This document shows positions 1 to 7,640 of a stretch of DNA of 13,478 nucleotides, in pieces (position 1 is the first letter of the stretch; every line of letters starts with the position of its first letter). This DNA comes from Candidatus Jordarchaeia archaeon. Its GTDB lineage: Archaea > Asgardarchaeota > Jordiarchaeia > Jordiarchaeales > Jordiarchaeaceae. The DNA is taken from the NCBI GenBank assembly GCA_029856435.1, contig JAHQXB010000053.1:1-13478 (forward strand), in the 5' to 3' direction. Position numbers and translations under genes: made by a program. Below the pieces are notes generated by a model, which saw only the letters and a list, made by a program, of their open reading frames with translations, did not search any database and was not told where the DNA came from.

Positions 1-84
1 CATTCGGAAAGTGTTCTAAGCTCCCCTGATGGGAGCCTGCTGGCAGTTGTTCCACAGACAAAAACGCCGAAATACGTCCAATAA
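1..84 (+). CDS. Possible 3' end of an upstream CDS (HSESVLSSPDGSLLAVVPQTKTPKYVQ*), partial
   Basis: Frame 1 is open from base 1 to TAA at 82-84, while frames 2 and 3 stop within 30 nt. SPDGSLLAV resembles a beta-propeller blade turn. Only 27 codons are visible. Confidence 0.3.
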   Translation, partial: HSESVLSSPDGSLLAVVPQTKTPKYVQ

Positions 85-157
85 GAAGGATGTTTGAGCC
101 GAAAAATGTACAGAGCACAACAGGTGCCACCCAGTTAACAGTGCCCACAATTTATGC

Positions 158-172
158 TAAAAAATTTATATA
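158..172 (+). promoter_or_regulatory. Putative BRE/TATA box of the permease gene
   Basis: TTTATATA at 165-172, preceded by an A-run, about 55 nt upstream of ATG 227. Confidence 0.5.
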
Positions 173-226
173 CAAGAAAAATAGTATAATACTCCGTTTT
201 AAACCAAAGAAAGTGGCTAAAGGGAA

Positions 227-1978
227 ATGTCTAGTAAGAAATCTTCATCTACGGGTGGTCGTAGAATAGTTTTCTCTCGGGACGCTACAGGTCTGGTCAG
301 AGAAATAAGCATTGCAGATGCTGTGGTTATTGTTTTCTCCTTTATTGTGGGCGGAGGCATCATGTTCTTATCGGTGCAGAGTTTGGCTCCCCACTATTTT
401 CCGGGTGCCAATTTGCCTTTGGGTTACCTTTTGGCTCTATTCTTGTGGCTTCCCATCGCTCTCATTTACTCCATTCTGGCTAGGGCGATGCCGCGGAACG
501 GGGGCGACTATATTTACGTGAGCAGAATTCTGGGTCCGGGCTACGGTTTCCTTGCTTCTTGGGGAGTTTGGTTCATGCTTATGTTCACCATTGGGGCTCT
601 AACCTTCCAGGCGGTTTCCTTCGGAAGCCTCTTTGTAATGTACTATGGCCTGCTCACCTATAACTTGGGCCTTTTGGGCTGGTCCATTCAGTTAACTGAC
701 CCGTTTTGGGGTGTTATCTTCGGCATTTTCGTGGTTCTCTTCTTTGGAAGTATTCTAATAGCTAGCACTAAGGGTTCCCTATGGATTATGCGTTTTCTGT
801 TCATCATTCCCCTCTTGGGTGGAATAGCGACAATCTGGATACTGTTCACTCACTCCCCGATGGACATGATCTGGGCTTGGAATAACATCTTCGGCTGGGG
901 ACAAAATCAATTCGGAGCATATGGAGACCTGTTCAGACTAGCCTATCAGAATTACTGGTGGCTCCACGCTTTTAGAGATTCCACAACTGGGCTCACCAAC
1001 ACTATTGGCATAATGTTGATTGCAATGTTTGCCTTTGGAGGTGTTTACAGCATCACCATTGTGGGCGGCGAGGTTCGAGACACAAAACGGACATTCTACA
1101 TATCCATGGTTTTGGGCCTGTTCTTCATAGCTGCCTTCTACATTGGATTGCTTTACCCTCTCCAGGCAAATTATGGAACATTCATCCACATGTACGATTT
1201 CCTCACTTATTCTAAAGACCCATTTGGACTGCTGGTGTGGTCTCTGCCCCATCTAAACGCAGAATGGTCTTGGGTTCCCTCCGGGTTGGGCAGTCTTCTG
1301 CCTCAAGACACCTTGCAGTACTGGATTCAATATGGTCTCTGGCTCTACGCTGGCAAAGTTCCCGTACCTATTCCCGCCAGTATACCTCTATTCGCCGCTC
1401 CTCTCGCCGGTTTAAGCTGGCTGGGACTGTTCATAATCGGTTCCGGTGCACTGTGGCTTGTCAACTCGGTTATGCCCATGTTACTGTCAACCTCAAGGTA
1501 CATGTTTGCCTGGAGCTTCGATAGGATTATTCCCACGAAGATTAGCACCATTAACGAGAGAACAACTACCCCCATGTATGCCATTGGCGTATCCATAGTA
1601 CTTGCCTGTATTGGAGTCGTTCTGAGCTACTGGAGTGCCTTTCAAGCCATCATGAATACGGTTTTCTTAAGTGTTCCCGCATTTATACTGACTATATTCG
1701 CAGCCACTAGATTCAAAGCTAGGAGACCGGATCTGGCTGAACAGACCTACAGTCCTAAAATTGGTAAAATTCCCGTGCTAAGCGTATGCGGAATAATAGC
1801 AATATTTACCATACTACCTTTGATGATTGCTGGTATAGCCACATTTAACCTCGGTTCCCTGCTTCTCATAATTGTTGTTTACTCCATTGGAGCAGCAATA
1901 TACCTAGTGATGAGGAGAAAGAACAGAAAAGCTGGAGTGGACTTGGAAGCCATCTTCAAAAGCATTCCTCCCGAGTAA
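227..1978 (+). CDS. APC-superfamily amino acid/polyamine permease, 583 aa
   Basis: N-terminal FSRDATGLVREIS motif typical of archaeal APC permeases. Also TM1 IVGGG, MPRNGGDYIYVSRILG, TM6 FAFGGVYSITIVGGEVRD, SRYMFAWSFDRIIP and about 12 hydrophobic segments. Confidence 0.92.
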   Translation: MSSKKSSSTGGRRIVFSRDATGLVREISIADAVVIVFSFIVGGGIMFLSVQSLAPHYFPGANLPLGYLLALFLWLPIALIYSILARAMPRNGGDYIYVSRILGPGYGFLASWGVWFMLMFTIGALTFQAVSFGSLFVMYYGLLTYNLGLLGWSIQLTDPFWGVIFGIFVVLFFGSILIASTKGSLWIMRFLFIIPLLGGIATIWILFTHSPMDMIWAWNNIFGWGQNQFGAYGDLFRLAYQNYWWLHAFRDSTTGLTNTIGIMLIAMFAFGGVYSITIVGGEVRDTKRTFYISMVLGLFFIAAFYIGLLYPLQANYGTFIHMYDFLTYSKDPFGLLVWSLPHLNAEWSWVPSGLGSLLPQDTLQYWIQYGLWLYAGKVPVPIPASIPLFAAPLAGLSWLGLFIIGSGALWLVNSVMPMLLSTSRYMFAWSFDRIIPTKISTINERTTTPMYAIGVSIVLACIGVVLSYWSAFQAIMNTVFLSVPAFILTIFAATRFKARRPDLAEQTYSPKIGKIPVLSVCGIIAIFTILPLMIAGIATFNLGSLLLIIVVYSIGAAIYLVMRRKNRKAGVDLEAIFKSIPPE

Positions 1979-2006
1979 ATGTTCTCCCACCAGATAATTC
2001 AAGCAA

Positions 2007-2042
2007 CCTCCCTCCTTTTTTTTAAATATTTAATTTCTTTTT
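2007..2042 (+). terminator. Putative oligo-T terminator of the permease gene
   Basis: Pyrimidine tract with T8 at 2016-2023 and further T-runs, starting about 30 nt after the stop codon. Confidence 0.5.
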
Positions 2043-2328
2043 CTGTATTGCATAATTTTACTTTTTAGTATATTTATATATTATTTTAAAAATTTTTTAA
2101 ACTAACAGTGTAAAGTTAAAAATTAAATAAAATAAATTAATAAAATGAAAAAGGAATTATGCGACACAGCACATCCTTTCTTGAGCAATTTAACCAAAAA
2201 CATTTTTCTGGCACAGCAATTTTTCGGAAAAAAAGGGGAGATACAGACTTAATTCTCAAAATCGGTGGACAGAGAGTTTGAGTGCAAATAAAAAACTCCA
2301 AAAATAGAAATAATAGGAAAAGGGTAGT

Positions 2329-2362
2329 GTTATCTCAAGAGCCCACTTAATGTTGAGATAAC
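2329..2362. promoter_or_regulatory. Perfect 10-bp inverted repeat upstream of the radical SAM gene (operator or RNA hairpin)
   Basis: GTTATCTCAA (2329-2338), 14-nt spacer, TTGAGATAAC (2353-2362). It ends 4 nt before a GGGAG ribosome-binding motif. Confidence 0.5.
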
Positions 2363-2379
2363 TTTTGGGAGTAGCTTTT

Positions 2380-3105
2380 ATGCCCTACGATCCATTAGAG
2401 TTGGCTAGAAGAACTGAGCAAATTGTGTTGCGGGGAGAGGACAAACTATACTATCGTTTCAGGGGAGGACAATGGTATGGGGGAATCGCCACCGCAGACT
2501 GTTGCGGATGCCCCCTAAGATGCGTCTTTTGCTGGGGAGCTGAGCCCCGAGATAATCCCAAGGGCTACGGGCGTTTCTACTCCCCAGAGCAAGTCTTCCA
2601 AAATTTGATCCACATAGCAGGGAAGAGGGGGTACTCTCTGATTAGAATTAGCGGCAACGAACCCACATTGGGAAGAGAGCACCTCATCAAAATCTTGGAG
2701 ATGGTCGAAAAAACACGTTACACATTTATTTTGGAAACTTCAGGAATATTGCTGGACAGGGACTACGTTAGCCAGCTATCCCAGTTCAAAAACCTGCATG
2801 TAAGAGTCTCTTTGAAGGGGGCCTGCGAGGAAGAATTCTCAAGACTCACAGGCGCAAAACCCGAAGGATTCCAGCTACAGCTGAAGGCACTAGAGAACCT
2901 TGTGGAACTCGGAGTTTCCTGCAACGCAGCCTTGATGTCCTCATTCAGCACCAAAGAAAACATAACACAACTAATCATCCGGCTCTCCCAAATAAGCGAC
3001 AAACTATCCTCAGAACTAGAAGACGAAATCGTCATCCTCTATCCCAGAGTCCAAAAAAGACTACGAGAAGCAGGAATACACCCCTTCACCTTCTGCACAC
3101 CATAA
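2380..3105 (+). CDS. Radical SAM protein of unknown function (resembles the COG5014-type archaeal family)
   Basis: CxxxCxxC motif (CPLRCVFC) within RFRGGQWYGGIATADCCGC. Also RISGNEPTL, FILETSGILL and VRVSLKG. Start moved to ATG 2380, which has GGGAG at 2367-2371; the track uses TTG 2365. Confidence 0.88.
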   Translation: MPYDPLELARRTEQIVLRGEDKLYYRFRGGQWYGGIATADCCGCPLRCVFCWGAEPRDNPKGYGRFYSPEQVFQNLIHIAGKRGYSLIRISGNEPTLGREHLIKILEMVEKTRYTFILETSGILLDRDYVSQLSQFKNLHVRVSLKGACEEEFSRLTGAKPEGFQLQLKALENLVELGVSCNAALMSSFSTKENITQLIIRLSQISDKLSSELEDEIVILYPRVQKRLREAGIHPFTFCTP

Positions 3106-3167
3106 AAATAACAAGTTAAAGAAATTTTTATAGAAATCTTAAAAAAAAGGCCACCACACCTCCACAC

Positions 3168-3234
3168 TAGAAAATTTTCGAAAGGGTACTTTGCGTATCT
3201 AGAATTTTTTCTAAAGATGGGCAAAAAGTTATAA
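3168..3234 (+). promoter_or_regulatory. Two near-palindromic sites plus BRE/TATA of thiolase 1
   Basis: TAGAAAATTTTCGA (3168-3181) and TAGAATTTTTTCTA (3200-3213), 32 bp apart, followed by GCAAAAAGTTATAA (3221-3234). Confidence 0.4.
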
Positions 3235-3317
3235 GGATATCGGCATCAACGGATTTCCGTACCAAAAAATCAAAAATTTGCGCTAGAATCTGATTGAGAT
3301 GTTGGAGGAAACCTGAA

Positions 3318-4493
3318 ATGAAGGAACCAGTAATTGTGGGTTACGTAAGAACACCCATTTCAAGGTCACGTCCAAGAGAGCCGGAAAAAGATGTTTTCAA
3401 CAGCATTCGAGCAGACGACATGGCAGCCATGGTAATTAGAGAAGTAGTGAAGAGATCCGGAATAGACCCCAAAAATATTGACGATTGCATTTTTGGATGC
3501 GCCAACCAGACCGCTGAACAATTTGCCTATGGAGGACGCATGTTTAGCCTCATGGCAGGCCTGCCACTTGAAGTAGCAGCACTAGCTTGTGACAGACAGT
3601 GCGCCTCAGCCATGTCCTCAATCCACATTGGTGCCATGGAAATAATGACTGGCTTTTCGGATGTGGTGGTTGCTGGTGGAGTTGAACACATGACCCACGT
3701 ACCCATGGGACATGGAGTAAATCCCAACCCGAACGCTTTAAAGATGGAGAAAAGGTTCGACTGGCTGGTAGCCATGAACATGGGCCTAACAGCTGAAAAA
3801 CTGGCGGCAGAGTCAGGAATACCGAAAAAGGAGCAAGATGAATGGTCTGTAAGAAGTCACCAGCTAGCTGCAAAAGCCCTGAAGGAGGGCTTCTTCAAAG
3901 GCGAAATAATGCCCGTTGAAGTGACGCTGCCTGACGGAAAGAAAACAGTGATTGAAACAGACCAAAGCATTAGGCCAGACACCACACTGGAAAAAGTCGC
4001 TTCTCTGCCTCCCGCATTTAAGCCGGATGGAATAATAACTGCTGGCAACTCCTCTCCTCTAAACGCTGGTGCCGCCGCTGTAATGTTGATGAGTAAAGAG
4101 GCAGCCAAAAAATACGGATTAGAACCTATGGCAACCATTAAATCTATGGCCTGGGCGGGCGTCGACCCTAGCGTAATGGGTAAGGGCCCAGTACCCGCAA
4201 GCCAAAAGGCGTTAAAGGCGGCAGGCCTCAAAGTGAAGGACATAGACTTCTGGGAAATAAACGAAGCCTTCGCAATAGTAACTCTATACGCCATAAAACA
4301 GTTGGGAATAGACCCCGAAAAAGTGAATGTTAAAGGCGGAGCCATAGCCCTCGGACACCCACTGGGAATGTCCGGAACCAGAATAACAGGAACCCTAGCC
4401 CGCATACTGGAAAAAGAAGGAGGCACCTACGGCCTGGCAACACTGTGTGTGGGCGGAGGACAGGGCGCAGCTACCATAATTAAAAGAGAGTAA
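3318..4493 (+). CDS. Acetyl-CoA C-acyltransferase (thiolase), catalytically intact, 391 aa
   Basis: Nucleophile Cys in DRQCASA (TGC 3600-3602), NEAF, GGAIALGHP and second Cys in LCVGGGQG (TGT 4446-4448). ATG 3318 has GGAGG at 3304-3308. Confidence 0.95.
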   Translation: MKEPVIVGYVRTPISRSRPREPEKDVFNSIRADDMAAMVIREVVKRSGIDPKNIDDCIFGCANQTAEQFAYGGRMFSLMAGLPLEVAALACDRQCASAMSSIHIGAMEIMTGFSDVVVAGGVEHMTHVPMGHGVNPNPNALKMEKRFDWLVAMNMGLTAEKLAAESGIPKKEQDEWSVRSHQLAAKALKEGFFKGEIMPVEVTLPDGKKTVIETDQSIRPDTTLEKVASLPPAFKPDGIITAGNSSPLNAGAAAVMLMSKEAAKKYGLEPMATIKSMAWAGVDPSVMGKGPVPASQKALKAAGLKVKDIDFWEINEAFAIVTLYAIKQLGIDPEKVNVKGGAIALGHPLGMSGTRITGTLARILEKEGGTYGLATLCVGGGQGAATIIKRE

Positions 4494-4530
4494 GTAAAAA
4501 CCATCCTCCGAAGAAAAATACGCTTCAAAC

Positions 4531-4559
4531 ATTTTTATTTTTTAAAGTATTATTTTTTT
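4531..4559 (+). terminator. Putative oligo-T terminator of thiolase 1
   Basis: Three T-runs (T5, T6, T7) starting about 38 nt after the stop codon. Confidence 0.45.
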
Positions 4560-4700
4560 AGCGAAAAATCTGGAAAGGTTTATAGCGGGTTCTTTGCAAC
4601 TTGCGATTTTTTAGGGTTTTCTTTATTAGGAACATTGTTACAAGTATGTAGTTTGTTGACATGGTATGTGTGCAGGGTTAGCCAGTCTTGCCATTTTTTT

Positions 4701-4793
4701 GGGCTTATTTGGAAAGAAGCCTTGTAGAGTGTTAGGCGGCCCAAAACGTATAACTTCCATATATGGGGCTTCATATTTGGAATGAAGCCTTGT
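4701..4793. repeat. Two-copy palindromic direct repeat with a 40-nt spacer
   Basis: GGGCTT---ATTTGGAAAGAAGCCTTGT (4701-4725) and GGGCTTCATATTTGGAATGAAGCCTTGT (4766-4793). The 19-nt cores match at 18 of 19 positions. Confidence 0.65.
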
Positions 4794-4869
4794 TAAGCCT
4801 CCCTTTTTTTGGAGGATCAAACGATTATGTATGGAGGGAAGCCACACACTTAAAGACTAGGTCCCTCTC

Positions 4870-5005
4870 GGCTTTGGGACAAAGTTATGTTTCCCGATGC
4901 GTAATCCCAAATGACGTAGTGAAAGAGTATTGTTTTTCGTCGCTGATACGACCCCTAGTGACAAAAAAGCTAAGAAGAAGCTAAAACCAATTTTGTCCCA
5001 AAGCC
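4870..5005. mobile_element. MITE-like non-autonomous element, 136 bp
   Basis: Perfect 14-bp terminal inverted repeats GGCTTTGGGACAAA (4870-4883) / TTTGTCCCAAAGCC (4992-5005). Flanks GTCCCTCTC (4861-4869) and GTCCTTCTT (5006-5014) match at 7 of 9 positions. No transposase inside. Confidence 0.7.
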
Positions 5006-5114
5006 GTCCTTCTTTATTAGTTAAAAACAAATATAAGAGGAGTGGCTCCAGAATTCTATAGCTGTGACGGTATTTTTGGTTTCCCTTTTGGATGTGGTAG
5101 TAGGAGGAAGTTTT

Positions 5115-6281
5115 TTGAGAGAAGCGGTTATTGTGGACTATCTGAGGACGCCCATTTCCAAGGCTGATCCTCAGCAGGATTTCTACAAGAATATGCGTAT
5201 GGATGATCTCTGCGCTCTGGTCATTAGGAAGTTGGTTGAGAGAGCAGGTGTGAGGGCGGAGGAAATAGAGGAGTGCATCATAGGGTGCTCTAATCAGGGT
5301 GGGGAGCAGTGGACTTATGGTGGCAGAATAATTAGTCTTATGGCGGGTCTTCCCTTCTCTGTGGCGGCTTTGGGTGTGGATAGGCAGGGTGCCTCCTCTC
5401 TGGAATCTGTTTCCATAGCTGCTATGGAGATAGCCCAGGGATACGCAGACATAGTGGTCGCAGCAGGTATGGAACACATGTTACATATGCCCATAGGGGC
5501 GGGTGTGAATCCCAGCCTACAATTTTTAAATATTGGCTCCTTTGACGCCTTAACCTCTCTAAGTATGGGATTATCGGCGGAAAAACTTGCTCAGAAATTT
5601 TCTGTTTCAAGAGAGGAGATGGACCGGTTTTCTCTCCAAAGCCACATGAAGGCCGTTAAGGCTCAGAGGGAAGGATTCTTCAAAGAAGAAATACTCCCCA
5701 TAGAAATCATACTGGACGATGGAAGCAGAAAAATTGTTAGCTACGACCAAAACGTTAGACCAGACACCAGCCTAGAAAAATTGTCAGCTCTGCCGCCAGC
5801 ATTCAAGGAAAATGGGCTGATAACTGCGGGAAACTCCACCTCCCTAAACGATGGTGCAGCAGCATGTATCCTCATGTCAAAGCAGAAAGCCCAAGAGTAT
5901 GGACTTAAACCACTGGCAAAAGTAAGAACTATGGGCTGGGCGGGAGTTGACCCCACCCTAATGGGTTACGGGAACATACCTGCAATTAGAAAAACTTTGG
6001 AGAGAGCAAAACTTAAGGTGGAGGACATTGATTTCTGGGAAATAAATGAGTTATTCGCAGTCATAGTGCTGGTCGCTATTCGGGAACTAAACATAAACCC
6101 TCAGAGGGTCAATGTTAAGGGAGGAGCCATAGCCCTAGGACATCCCACCGGAATGAGCGGAGTGAGAATAGTGGGAACGCTGGCAAGAATACTAAACAAG
6201 GAAAATGGCAAATATGGAGTAGCCTCAACTGCGGCCGGAGGTGGACAGGGCCAAGCAATCCTCCTAGAAAAGAGTGACTAA
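5115..6281 (+). CDS. Thiolase-family paralogue lacking both catalytic cysteines, 388 aa
   Basis: Collinear with thiolase 1 end to end. DRQG replaces DRQC, STAAGGGQG replaces TLCVGGGQG, NELF replaces NEAF, and GHP is retained. TTG 5115 has GGAGGA at 5103-5108 and gives MREAVIVDYLRTPIS, matching MKEPVIVGYVRTPIS. Confidence 0.92.
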   Translation: MREAVIVDYLRTPISKADPQQDFYKNMRMDDLCALVIRKLVERAGVRAEEIEECIIGCSNQGGEQWTYGGRIISLMAGLPFSVAALGVDRQGASSLESVSIAAMEIAQGYADIVVAAGMEHMLHMPIGAGVNPSLQFLNIGSFDALTSLSMGLSAEKLAQKFSVSREEMDRFSLQSHMKAVKAQREGFFKEEILPIEIILDDGSRKIVSYDQNVRPDTSLEKLSALPPAFKENGLITAGNSTSLNDGAAACILMSKQKAQEYGLKPLAKVRTMGWAGVDPTLMGYGNIPAIRKTLERAKLKVEDIDFWEINELFAVIVLVAIRELNINPQRVNVKGGAIALGHPTGMSGVRIVGTLARILNKENGKYGVASTAAGGGQGQAILLEKSD

Positions 6282-6310
6282 CTAACCTCACAAAATATCC
6301 GTTAAATGGG

Positions 6311-6333
6311 TGGGGGCTTATACCATACCCCCA
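6311..6333. terminator. GC-rich stem-loop between convergent genes
   Basis: TGGGGG (6311-6316), 11-nt loop, CCCCCA (6328-6333), lying in the 57-nt gap between two stop codons. Confidence 0.3.
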
Positions 6334-6338
6334 AAGAG

Positions 6339-7031
6339 TTAGTGTGAGGGCTTGTTTCTGGTTATTATGTCTGGCTTGTTTGTGACTATTCCATCCACTC
6401 CCAACATGATAAGGTTCTCAGCGGTATTTGCATCGTCTACGGTCCAGGCAAAGATGTTTAATCCATGACCGTGAACATTTTGCACCATTTCCCAAGACAC
6501 ATATTTATAGAATGCGCAGATGTTTTCCGCTCTGGCGTCCAGTGCCAGCATACTGGGGTTGATGGGAGAGGAGCGAATTATCACCCCGGTCTTGGCTCTA
6601 GGGTTCAACTCCTTTACCCTCTTCACACTTCCATGTATAAAGGAACTAAACATAACCCTATCCAAGGCATCGTACTTTTCCACTATACTTAATACACGCT
6701 CCTCTATCCCCCCAGTTTTTAACTCAATTATCAACATTGCTTTATTTCCCACTAACCCAATAACTTCTTCAAGAAGAGGGATTTTTTCTCCCTTACCTGC
6801 ATCCAGACTCCGAAGCTCCACTAAAGACATGTCTCTGACTCTTCCACTTCCATTCGTGGTTCTGTCCACAGTTTCATCGTGTATCACCACAATGTTTCCC
6901 TCTATGGTTGACCTTACGTCAATCTCTACGCCGTCCACCTCAAAATCCAGAGCTCGCCTCACAGCCCTCAGAGTGTTTTCCGGCTCATAAAAACTCGCAC
7001 CCCTATGAGCAATTACAAGCGGCTTTTTCAA
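6339..7031 (-). CDS. Glycerophosphodiester phosphodiesterase (GDPD; GlpQ/UgpQ family), 230 aa
   Basis: IAHRGAS..PENTL, EIDV, VVIHDETVDRTT, IIELK, AWTVD and DGIVTNKPD motifs. TTG start. Confidence 0.95.
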   Translation of the reverse strand: MKKPLVIAHRGASFYEPENTLRAVRRALDFEVDGVEIDVRSTIEGNIVVIHDETVDRTTNGSGRVRDMSLVELRSLDAGKGEKIPLLEEVIGLVGNKAMLIIELKTGGIEERVLSIVEKYDALDRVMFSSFIHGSVKRVKELNPRAKTGVIIRSSPINPSMLALDARAENICAFYKYVSWEMVQNVHGHGLNIFAWTVDDANTAENLIMLGVDGIVTNKPDIITRNKPSH

Positions 7032-7067
7032 GCAAACACACCCACTTCAAAAGTTTTTACTGCTTGT

Positions 7068-7478
7068 CTATGGTGTTCCTATCACTTGCATAATTATTCT
7101 ACGAGTTCTGGGGCCGTCTAGTTCCAGGTGTAGGATTCTTTGCCATGTGCCTAGTGCCAGTTTTCCGTTCTCGACTGGTATGGTGAGTGAGTTTTTGGCG
7201 AAGCTTGCTGCTATGTGGGCTGCGGCGTTGGTGTCGATTTTGTCGTGGTTGTAGTCCTTTCTGGTGAAGGTTTCCTGTATCCATCTTTTTATGTCTTTTA
7301 GGAGTCCGCTCTCATTTTCATTTATTATTAGGGTAACGGTTGTGTGGAGTGTGTGGATGAAGGCTATCCCCTCAGTTATTTTTGACTCCTCTACCAATGA
7401 TTGAACTTCACTGGTTATGTCCCTTAGCTCAACTCGTTCGCCCGTTTTAACCTCAACTTGTTTGGTAAATATCTTCAC
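7068..7478 (-). CDS. yjbQ: YjbQ/UPF0047 family protein (secondary thiamine-phosphate synthase-like)
   Basis: HTT..LIINE, YNH...NAAAH and LALGTWQRILHLELDGPRTR motifs. Start set at GTG 7478, with GGAGG 10 nt upstream; the track starts at 7508. It ends 36 nt before the GDPD start, so the two are probably co-transcribed. Confidence 0.9.
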   Translation of the reverse strand: MKIFTKQVEVKTGERVELRDITSEVQSLVEESKITEGIAFIHTLHTTVTLIINENESGLLKDIKRWIQETFTRKDYNHDKIDTNAAAHIAASFAKNSLTIPVENGKLALGTWQRILHLELDGPRTRRIIMQVIGTP

Positions 7479-7640
7479 TCCTTCTAAGCCTCCAACAATT
7501 ATTAACACATATTTTTAGGTGGGTCTCTTTATTCAGTTTTTTGTTTTGCGCCCAATTTTTATGTTCTCTTTGAGGTATTTCTTAAATAGTTGTTGGGAGG
7601 ATACTAACCTATGGATTAAAAGTATCAGGATGTATTTTTG

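Noticed and set aside
20-36. GCTCCC/GGGAGC 6-bp hairpin
   Set aside because: Short, probably within the upstream coding tail, and expected by chance.
3527-4426. Antisense ORFs over thiolase 1 (84, 107 and 189 aa), plus 5741-5956 over thiolase 2
   Set aside because: Shadow frames of conserved genes. Their mutual similarity simply mirrors the thiolase paralogy.
4580-4984. Three 64-73 aa ORFs in the inter-thiolase spacer
   Set aside because: Mutually overlapping, with no motifs. The region is better explained by repeats and the MITE.
4857-5477. 206-aa minus-strand ORF
   Set aside because: Antisense to thiolase 2 and running through the MITE, with no recognisable motif, including no transposase DDE pattern.
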